This document shows, piece after piece, positions 53,690 through 64,000 of a DNA stretch of 64,000 bases (position 1 is its first letter; each line of letters opens with the position of its first letter). The notes beneath the pieces are model-generated. The model did not search any database and had not been told where the DNA came from. It worked only from the letters and a program-made list of their open reading frames with translations. The DNA is taken from positions 6,634,001-6,698,000 of the forward strand of contig OZ024761.1 in the NCBI GenBank assembly GCA_964016885.1, in the 5' to 3' direction. The stretch is from Eledone cirrhosa. Its lineage: Eukaryota. The translations under genes were made by a program, and so were the position numbers.

Positions 53690-53997
53690 AGAGTTAAAAG
53701 TTAGGGATTGAGAGAAATACTAACTTAAAGGGTTAACAGTTAGTTAGGGATTGAGAGAAATACTAACTTAACAGGGTTAACAGTTAGGGATTGAGAGAAA
53801 TACTAACTTAAAGGGTTAAATGTTAGGGATTGAGAGAAATACTAACTTAAAGGGTTAAATGTTAGGGATTGAGAGAAATACTAACTTAACAGGGTTAACA
53901 GTTAGGGATTGAGAGAAATACTAACTTAACAGGGTTAAATGTTAGGGATTGAGAGAAATGCTAACTTAAAGGGTTAAATGTTAGGGATTGAGAGAAA
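53690..53997 (+). repeat. ~39-bp minisatellite containing TTAGGG (gttagggattgagagaaatactaacttaaagggttaa)
   Basis: About 8 tandem copies read directly. Confidence 0.95.
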
Positions 53998-54144
53998 ATT
54001 CAGAAAAATAAAATACAAAGTATTAAAAATTTCAAAAACAAACAAAAAAATTTAATATAATTATATAATTTGTGGAAGAATAGTTAGGCAGGTGATTAAA
54101 AATGTTAACGATGCTCTTAATTAGGCATCTGCCATTTGTTATCA

Positions 54145-55460
54145 TGATAATTATATTTACCATTGGCATAAGGCCAGGAATTTTTTTCCTCTTTTCATAG
54201 AGTTGATTAAAACAACCCCCAGTATTTCACTGGTGCTTTATTTTATCTCCTCCTTCACCTTGTTAAGGGTGGCAGTTGATGTCACCCATATTACTCCTCC
54301 TTCACCTTGTTAAGGGTGGCAGTTGATGTCAACCATATTAGGACTATCATAATAATTATATTTACCATTTTGGCATAAAACCAACATTTGTTTCAATCTG
54401 CAGTATTTCATTGGTACGTTATCTTATCTTACCTCTTACCCCTTTCTGGAAGGAAGAGCATCTTAGAGACAAACCATGTCGGGATTTGAACTCAAATTAT
54501 AAATAAAGAAGTAAACAGCACAATGTATTTGATCCGATGCTCTACTGATTATGTCGATGACAATCACTTTTAATACGCCACAAAGGCACAGGGAGTCAAG
54601 CGACTCCCCAGTATATGATAACGTTATTCTATCCATACCCTCCAGAAGGACAAAGGGCAGGATTTCAACTGATAAAGAAGGGATGTAAGTTAATATCAGG
54701 GGCTATTTGGTTGAACACTCCCCCAACCAACCACCTTGTCAACAACAATAACAATGATTTCCAATTTTGGCAAATGGGCATAAATTTGGAGGGAGAGGTA
54801 AGGTAAGGTCCTGAACTCCCTCGGGAGTCATTGAGGTGCTGTATTGACATACAGCATTTCTTGGCCATTTTAACCCTGGGGGAGCCCATCTCCTCTCCGG
54901 GTATTTCTTCCAGAGAAGAAAAGAGAGATTGAGAGAGAGAAAGTGAGGAAGAATTGACCCCAGCATTAGACTGGTACTTTTTTAATCGACCTTGAATGGA
55001 TGAAAGTTGACTTTGGCAGGACTTGAACTCAGAATACTGGAATACCATCAAGTATTCTATCCAATGTTCTAATGACTCTCAATTCACTGCCCCGAGGGAG
55101 AGGTAAGTCAATCAAATTGACCCCAGTATGTAACTGGTACAATGTTTTGATAAAGAGGGGAAATTTGATTAACCCTTCATAATTAATGAAATGCATTCTA
55201 TTTGAATTAATTACTAAAATGATTAACCATTCCATTACTAAGATAGTAATATTTGCTATAAATCATGTGAATAGACACACTGTAAGGTGGGTGCGTTTGA
55301 TAAAACTAGAGGCGGATTAAGGATGGTTGTTATGAAAAGGGTTAAATCAACCCCCACATTTGACTGGTATTTTATTCCCCCACCCATCCTCAGAGGGATT
55401 TCAACTGAGAACATAAAACCCTGCAATAAATACTGCAAAGTATTTTGTCTGATGTGCAAA
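54145..55460 (-). mobile_element. Pile-up of old, decayed tRNA-SINE copies
   Basis: Repeated accccagtat..actggtac..ttttat and ggatttgaactca motifs at ~54215, 54400-54545, 54955-55090, 55118 and 55350. A 46-bp tandem duplication lies at 54247-54340. Confidence 0.7.
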
Positions 55461-55519
55461 TAATTCAGTTAATAATGTTTTCTGGTTTAAGATGAACCAT
55501 TTTTTGGGAAGAGCAAAGT

Positions 55520-55691
55520 TGATTAAATCAACCCCAGTGCATTACTGGTATTTTATTTTATCAACTCCGTAAGGATGAAATGAAAGGCAGAGCTAACCTC
55601 GCCGGGATTTGAACTCAGATCATAAAGGGCCGTAACTCTATGCCTCAAAGCATGTTGTTCGACGCTCTACCGATTCTGCCAATCCACTGCC
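55520..55691 (-). mobile_element. tRNA-derived SINE
   Basis: Same core, B box (gggatttgaactcag on +) and head (ctctaccgattctgccaatccactgcc) as 48082. Confidence 0.9.
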
Positions 55692-55693
55692 CT

Positions 55694-55695
<2 letters not shown>

Positions 55696-55728
<33 letters not shown>

Positions 55729-55915
55729 TGTTTCTACTTTTGGCACCAGGCCAGCAATTACCCAGTACGTTACTGGTACTTTATTTTATCGACCCCCGTA
55801 AGCATGAAAGGCAAAGTTAACCTCGGTGGGATTTGAACTCAGTCCGTAAAGGGACGCAACTCTGTGCTGCAAAGCATGGCGTCCGACCCTCTATCGATAC
55901 TGCCAATCCACCACC
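55696..55915 (-). mobile_element. tRNA-derived SINE with (ATT)n tail
   Basis: On +: (aat)n, then aattgtttctacttttggcaccaggccagc ... gatactgccaatccaccacc. Confidence 0.92.
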
Positions 55916-55920
55916 ATAAA

Positions 55921-55952
<32 letters not shown>

Positions 55953-56339
55953 AATTGAAAATAATAAGGATGATAGTTATGTGGATGTTAATGATAATTT
56001 GTTACGTAGATATAAATTGTAATATTTGTATAGGGAATGGGGGAGAATGTGGGAGTTTGGAGGGCGGGAGAGTTCGAAGTTGGGGTGGGTGGGAGGGTTA
56101 AATATATATATATATTTTTTTTGAAGTTGTGACGTTCATGCCTGTTCGAGGCATCAGCGACCTATGTAAAAATAGAAAGAATAGAAAAGAAAGGTATTTG
56201 AGAGTGTTACATTGTTTTTTTCTAACCACTACAGTGCTGCTACTTATAGAAAATAACTTCTACAGGGACAAGCCCTTCACATATGTTAGAATGATAAAAA
56301 CATTATATACATTCATTGTAGAAAACTGTAAAAAATTCT

Positions 56340-56370
<31 letters not shown>

Positions 56371-56388
56371 ATGTATATATTCATTCAT

Positions 56389-56530
56389 TTCATTTTTACG
56401 TCCGCTTTTTCCCTGCTTGCAAGGTGGGACGGGAACTGATTCTGGCTTGATTTCTACAGCTGGATGCCCTTCCTAACACCAACCTCATTTACAGTGAGTG
56501 CTGGGTGCTTTTTTTGCCGTGGCACCTCCA
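56389..56530 (-). mobile_element. RTE-tail-bearing repeat fragment
   Basis: ttttacgtccgctttttccctgcttgcaagg is the reverse complement of the RTE 3' end at 61243-61273. ggatgcccttcctaac..aacc is shared with 58250. Confidence 0.75.
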
Positions 56531-56571
56531 CGGCCACTTTGCAGTGGAATGATAGGGACCCCAGTCCCTAT

Positions 56572-56965
<394 letters not shown>

Positions 56966-57115
56966 CATTATATAATATCAAGTTTGTTTTAGCCATATTG
57001 ACTAAGGCGTTGCGAAGACATGGCTTTGTGTGTGTGTCTATATATGTGTGTGTGTATATAAATATATATTGTACGTTTATTATATATGTTCAGTTTCTTT
57101 AAGCCAGCATGGCCA

Positions 57116-57146
<31 letters not shown>

Positions 57147-57185
57147 GTAGATATTGTTGTTTTATTCATTATTTTTTTAATATTT

Positions 57186-57218
<33 letters not shown>

Positions 57219-57318
57219 ATATGTCTGTGTGTGTGTATGTATGTATATATATATGTGTATATACATATATATATATATATATATATGTATACTTTATCTC
57301 ATTGCGGTTTTGTATGTG

Positions 57319-57391
<73 letters not shown>

Positions 57392-57433
57392 ATGTATGTG
57401 TATGTATATGTATATATATATATGCTTTGTGAA

Positions 57434-57479
<46 letters not shown>

Positions 57480-57649
57480 TATATCATTGTGGCTTTAAAT
57501 AAGAAACAAGGTTCCAAGATCTATACATTGACCAGCAGTAAACCCAGTAAAGCTCTTCTACCTTCACCCCCCCCCCCTTACTTAATATAACATTCAGGTA
57601 ATCCCCTTTCTTCATATATACATATATATATACACATATATATATACAC

Positions 57650-57680
<31 letters not shown>

Positions 57681-57701
57681 TATATATTTATATATGTATA
57701 T

Positions 57702-57888
57702 AATTGTTTCTACTTTTGGCACAAGGCCAGCAATAACCCAGTGTATTACTGGTACTTTATTTTATCGACCCCGTAAGGATGAAAGGCAAAGTTAACCTCG
57801 GCAGGACTTGAACTCAGAATGGCAAGGGCCGTAACTCTATGCGTCAAAGCATGGCGTCCGACCCTCTACCGATACTGCCAATCCACTG
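57702..57888 (-). mobile_element. tRNA-derived SINE embedded in TA-rich microsatellite
   Basis: Near-identical to the copies at 48082 and 59827. Confidence 0.92.
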
Positions 57889-57932
57889 ATATATATAATG
57901 ATATGTACTGATATATGATATGATATACATAT

Positions 57933-58034
<102 letters not shown>

Positions 58035-58116
58035 CACACATATATATATATATATAATGATATATAGATATCATTATATATATATATATGTATTGATATG
58101 AAATACATATCATATA

Positions 58117-58376
58117 TCATCATCATCATTGATTAACGTCTATCTTCCACGCTAGCATGGGTTAGACGGGTTTGTCCCACTTAGAGACAAGTTGGGTCGG
58201 GCGACCGTGTCTCGCTCATATGGGAGAGTTTCTGGCAGGTTTTCTATGGCTGGATGCCCTTCCTAACGCCAACCACATTTACAGTGTGGACTGGGAGCCT
58301 TTTGTCATGTCACCTACACAACCACTTTACAGTGTGGACTGGGTGCTTTTTGTCGTGTCACCTACACGACCACGTT
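58117..58376 (-). mobile_element. RTE-tailed repeat with (TGA)n tail and internal ~48-bp duplication
   Basis: (cat)n-ttaacgtc..ttccacgctagcatgggttagacgg, ggctggatgcccttcctaacgccaaccac, and tttacagtgtggactggg twice. Confidence 0.8.
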
Positions 58377-58391
58377 AATTATATATATTTA

Positions 58392-58439
<48 letters not shown>

Positions 58440-58471
58440 AATATAATCAAAATATACCAGTGTTTCTTATA

Positions 58472-59809
58472 GTAATACAGGGCTAACACTATAACCCTTT
58501 TATATAGACCCTACCTAGTAATACAGGGCTAACACTATAACCCTTTTATATAGACCCTAGTAATACAGGGCTACCACTATAACCCTATTATATAGACCCT
58601 ACCTAGTAATACAGGGCTAACACTATAACCCTTTTATATAGACCCTACCTAGTAATACAGGGCTAACACTATAACCCTTTTATATAGACCCTAGTAATAC
58701 AGGGCTACCACTATAACCCCATTATATAGACCCTACCTAGTAATACAGGGCTAACACTATAACCCTATTATATAGACCCTACCTAGTAATACAGGGCTAA
58801 CACTATAACCCTTTATATAGACCCTACCTAGTAATACAGGGCTAACACTATAACCCTTTATATAGACCCTAGTAATACAGGGCTACCACTATAACCCTAT
58901 TATATAGACCCTACCTAGTAATACAGGGCTAACACATAACCACCTATTATATAGACCCTACATAGTAATACAGGGCTAACACTATAACCCTTTTATATAG
59001 ACCCTACCTAGTAATACAGGGCTAACACTATAACCCTTTATATAGACCCTAGTAATACAGGGTTACCACTATAACCCTATTATATAGACCCTAGTAATAC
59101 AGGGCTACCACTATAACCCTATTATATAGAACCCTAGTAATACAGGGCTACCACTATAACCCTATTATATAGACCCTAGTAATACAGGGCTAACCACTAT
59201 AACCCTATTATATAGACCCTACCTAGTAATACAGGGCTAGCCACTATAACCCTTTCTATATAGACCCCTAGTAATACAGGGCTACCACTATAACCCTATT
59301 ATATAGACCCTACCTAGTAATACAGGGCTACCCACTATAACCCTATTATATAGACCCCTAGTAATACAGGGCTACCACTATAACCCTATTTATATAAGCT
59401 ACCCTAGTAATACTAGGGCTACACTATAACCCTATTATATAGACCCTACCTAGTAATACAGGGCTAACACTATAACCCCTTATTATATAGACCCTACTCT
59501 AAACAGTCTACCATAGTACCCTTTAATAGACCTACACTTATAAACCATTTATATAGACCCTTACATACCCTATAATACAGGGCTACCACTATAACCTCTA
59601 ATTACCCTACCTATAACTACCTACACCTACCTAGTAAATACAGGCTACCACTATAACCCTATTATATAGACCCTAGTAATACAGGGCTACCACTATAACC
59701 CTATTATATAGACCCTAGTATAGCCCTAAGTAATACAGGGCTACCACTATAACCCTATTATATAGACCCTACCTAGTAATACAGGGCTACCACTATAACC
59801 CCTACCTAG
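58472..59809 (+). repeat. ~40-45-bp minisatellite (ctagtaatacagggctaacactataacccttttatatagaccctac)n, degenerating at ~59.4-59.7 kb
   Basis: About 30 tandem copies read directly. Confidence 0.96.
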
Positions 59810-59826
59810 CTTTGAATAATAATAAT

Positions 59827-60012
59827 TGTTTCTACTTTTGGCACAAGGCCAGCAATTATCCCAGTACATTACTGGTACTTTATTTTATCAACCCTGTAAG
59901 GATGAAAGGCAAAGTTAACCTCGGTGGGATTTGAACTCAGAATGGCAAGGGCCGTAACTCTATGCTACAAAGCAAGGCGTCCGACCCTCTACCGATACTG
60001 CCAATCCCCCAC
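59827..60012 (-). mobile_element. Full-length tRNA-derived SINE with TSD
   Basis: Same family as 48082; ctttgaataataataat is repeated at 59810 and 60013. Confidence 0.92.
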
Positions 60013-60382
60013 CTTTGAATAATAATAATAATATCATAATACTATTAATAATATTATATTATTATTCACCCAGGAATACATTTAGATGTCCACCATGTTA
60101 AAAGTGAAAATTTTGTTTATATATATATAAATATAATTTCAGCGAGATCGAATTTTGGCAGTGGTGGAAAACAAAGCGAAACTCAATATCCGAGTTACAA
60201 AGCGAAACTCAATATCCGAGTTATGCGGCAAGCGCTCCATGGACTAAAAAAGACCAGAGCAATAAACATAGGTTATAGAGGCCAAACAAACTGAGAATGG
60301 CAGTCAAGAAGCCATCAACCATCTAAGCCCCAAAAAAACGAAGCAAGCTAAACAGGTTAAACAAATATATATATATATATAC

Positions 60383-61020
60383 ATAAGTTTATTCAGGGTT
60401 CAATTGGGGGTAACCACAGTAAGTAAGGTACTCAATACATACAGAGTATGCTTCTACAGGACTAGAACTGTTTCATTCGAAGGAAATCATGAGGAAAACT
60501 TTTACTGGTGATTTCATTGAAACAGTTCTAGCCCTGTAGAGCTATTTATATATATATATATGTATATATAAAGGAGGAAATGTGGTAAGGAACCAGGTGG
60601 ACCATAATGCACCAAAGTACTCAATACTTAGGGTAGTAGAGTGGGTAATAGGAACGAGTAGGACCCCGACGGCTGAGCTCAAGCCGTTTCGACGGCTAAT
60701 TCTGGACTAAAATAATCATTTTAGTCCAGAATTAGCCGTCGAAACAGCTTGAGCTCAGCCGTCGGGGTCCTACTCGTTCCTATATATATATAACTATATA
60801 TATATATAGTTATGTAATAAACAACGTAAGATAATTATTTCATTTACCAGTGGTTTCTGGAAGGCAGATATTTATATCTGTCTTTAGTTGTCAGAATGAA
60901 TATTTAATAAAAACACCATGTTATTTATTTATTCTGATGGCTGAAGACAGACACAACATCTGCCTTCAAGAAACCACTGGTAAATGAAATAATTATCTAA
61001 TGTTGTTTATTACATAACTA
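60383..61020. mobile_element. Three palindromic Penelope-like (pseudo-LTR) remnants
   Basis: Inverted arms at 60453-60475/60518-60540, 60648-60713/60718-60783 and 60807-60900/60928-61020. Each carries GAAAC...GTH hammerhead half-motifs. The first two share a flanking gtactcaatac, and all lie in (TA)n. Confidence 0.65.
60925..60992 (+). ncRNA. Type I hammerhead ribozyme-like motif (one core mismatch)
   Basis: Stem I tttatt/aatgaa; CTGATGG 60934-60940; stem II tgaagacaga/tctgccttca; GAAA 60970-60973; stem III ACC-act-GGT; GUA cleavage triplet 60980-60982. Confidence 0.6.
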
Positions 61021-61091
61021 ATAAGCTCTGTAGCCTACATAGAGCCCTCTCTTTTCCTGTACCTTTCCTACGGAAATATATATATATATAA

Positions 61092-61296
61092 ATGCCAGTT
61101 GAAGGAAGACGTGGTAGAGGTAGACCACGAAAAACATGGGCGGAGGTGGTGAGAACAGACCTCAGATCATTGAAGCTCACGGTGGAGATGACGAGGGACC
61201 GTGACGAGTGGAGAGATGCTATGCTGAATAAGACCCATCCCACCCTTGCAAGCAGGGAAAAGCGGACGTAAAATGATGATGATGATGATGATGATA
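61092..61296 (+). mobile_element. 5'-truncated RTE-clade LINE 3' end with (TGA)n tail
   Basis: Translates to VEGRRGRGRPRKTWAEVVRTDL...TRDRDEWR, the RTE C-terminal GRPxKxW...DRxxWR motif. It ends ggacgtaaaa(tga)n, with a probable TSD ataaatg. Confidence 0.88.
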
Positions 61297-61429
61297 AATG
61301 AAGTATTTCCGTAGGAAAATAGATTCTAAATGACGATGATATATATATCATTGTCATATAGAATCTATTTTCCATTGGGTTGTCACATTATGAGTCAAGA
61401 CTAGTCAGGTGACCATGTCTTGTAATATT

Positions 61430-62182
61430 ATATAGACACAGGTATATATATATATACACATGGACATATAGACACATGTATATATATATATAGACACATG
61501 TATATATACACACACATGTATATATATATACACACATGTATATATATACACACATATATATATATACACACATGTATATATGCACACATATAGACACAGG
61601 TATATATATACACATGGACATATAGACATGTATATATATAGACACATGTATATATATACACACATGTATATATACACACATATAGACACATGTATATATA
61701 TACACATGTACATATAGACATGTATATATATAGACACATGTATATATACACACACATGTATATATACACACATATACATATAGACATGTATATATATAGA
61801 CATGTATATATAGACACATGTATATATATACACACATGTATATATATATATACACACATGTATATATATACACACATGTATATATACACACACATGTATA
61901 TATATACACACATGTATATATACATACATATACATATAGACATGTATATATATACACATGTATATATAGACATGTATATATAGACATCTATATATACACA
62001 TGTATATATATACACATGTATATATACACACATGTACATATAGACACACGTATATATAGACACATGTATATATACACACATGTACATATAGACACATGTA
62101 TATATATACACACGTGTATGTACACACAAGTACATATAGGCACATGTATATATATATATATACACATATGTATATATAGACA
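61430..62182. repeat. Microsatellite-derived ~16-18-bp satellite (tatatagacacatg variants)
   Basis: Read directly. Confidence 0.92.
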
Positions 62183-62253
62183 CTACATAATGGGACTCAA
62201 AAGTTATAGCAAATCCAGAAGGTGTAGGAGTTTATAAGTGAAAAGTAAAAGAT

Positions 62254-62254
<1 letters not shown>

Positions 62255-62336
<82 letters not shown>

Positions 62337-63470
62337 CATATATACATGTGTATATGGAGAGAGGGATACATTTATACATGTATATATATATATAGAGAGA
62401 GAGAGGTACATATATACATGTGTATATGGAGAGAGGGATACATTTATACATGTATATATATATATAGAGAGAGAGAGGTACATATATACATGTGTATATG
62501 GAGAGAGGGATACATTTATACATGTATATATATATATATAGAGAGAGAGGTACATATATACATGTGTATATGGAGAGAGGGATACATTTATACATGTATA
62601 TATACATGTATATATATATATAGAGAGAGAGAGGTACATATATACATGTGTATATGGAGAGAGGGATACATTTATACATGTATATATACATGTATATATA
62701 TATAGAGAGAGAGAGAGGTACATATATACATGTGTATATGGAGAGAGGGATACATTTATACATGTATATATACATGTATATATATATAGAGAGAGAGAGA
62801 GGTACATATATACATGTGTATATGGAGAGAGGGATACATTTATACATGTATATATACATGTATATATATATATAGAGAGAGAGAGAGGTACATATATACA
62901 TGTGTATATGGAGAGAGGGATACATTTATACATGTATATATATATATAGAGAGAGAGAGGTACATATATACATGTGTATATGAAGAGAGGGATACATTCA
63001 TACATGTATATATATAGAGAGAGAGAGAGGATACATTTATACATGTATATATACATGTATATATATATATAGAGAGAGGAGAGAGGTACATATATACATG
63101 TGTATATGGAGAGAGGGATACATTTATATATGTATATATATATATAGAGAGAGAGAGGTACATATATACATATATAGAGAGAGAGAGGTACATATATACA
63201 TGTGTATATGGAGAGAGGGATACATTTATACATGTATATATATATATATAGAGAGAGAGAGAGGTACATATATACATGTGTATATGGAGAGAGAGATACA
63301 TTTATACATGTATATATATAGAGAGAGAGAGGCACATATATACATGTGTATATGGAGAGAGGGATACATTTATACATGTATATATACATGTATATATATA
63401 TATAGAGAGAGAGAGGTACATATATACATGTGTATATGGAGAGAGATACATTTATACATGTATGTATACA
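62255..63470. repeat. Higher-order ~70-85-bp satellite built from (TA)n/(GA)n blocks
   Basis: gaggtacatatatacatgtgtatatggagagagggatacatttatacatg recurs about 15 times. Confidence 0.93.
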
Positions 63471-63585
63471 TGTGCATGATATGTATATATATATATATAT
63501 ATACATATATGTATGCATGTGTGTGTGTGTATATAGATATATATATATACATATGTATATATATATATATATACATAATTGTATG

Positions 63586-63618
<33 letters not shown>

Positions 63619-63635
63619 GTAGGCATGTGTGTGTG

Positions 63636-63667
<32 letters not shown>

Positions 63668-63843
63668 CACACATGTATGCATATGTGTATATATATATAT
63701 ATATTCATATGTATATACATATATATATATTCATATGTATATACATATATATATATACATACATATGTATATATATATATATATATACACATATGTATAT
63801 ATATATATATATATACACAAGCATACATATATGTATATATATA

Positions 63844-63896
<53 letters not shown>

Positions 63897-63932
63897 TGTA
63901 TGCTTGTGTATATATATATACATATGTATGTA
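63471..63932. repeat. Compound TA/TG/CA microsatellite
   Basis: Read directly. Confidence 0.95.
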
Positions 63933-64000
63933 TTTTAACCTGTATTTTTGATTGTATCTTTTAATATGAATGTCATCTCTAAATGTGTACTGCCACTCTA

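Overview
AT-rich, repeat-dominated animal genomic DNA. The tRNA-derived SINEs, RTE tails and dense (TA)n/(CA)n tracts suggest a coleoid cephalopod, probably an octopod; this is an inference from repeat content. No recognisable intact protein-coding gene is present, and most ORF-track entries are microsatellite artefacts or the same short ORFs repeated once per unit. Positions 1-45192 are the right end of a near-identical head-to-tail array of ~6.9-kb units (6 full periods plus a partial 7th). It is followed by an inverted, more diverged and apparently more ancestral copy of part of the unit (45211-47074). Each unit is built from nested duplications of one cassette: TATAAAAG, two ACCGGT palindromes 22-23 bp apart and a GAG|GTAATG donor, followed in the + strand copies by an intron and a 52-nt AG/GT-bounded exon. 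The cassette occurs twice on + and at least twice on -. Each unit also has a small cluster of tRNA-like Pol III A/B-box modules. Positions 47075-64000 hold SINEs, MITEs, CRE- and RTE-type LINE 3' ends, mini- and microsatellites, and a cluster of long palindromes at 60.4-61.4 kb with Penelope-type hammerhead ribozyme motifs.
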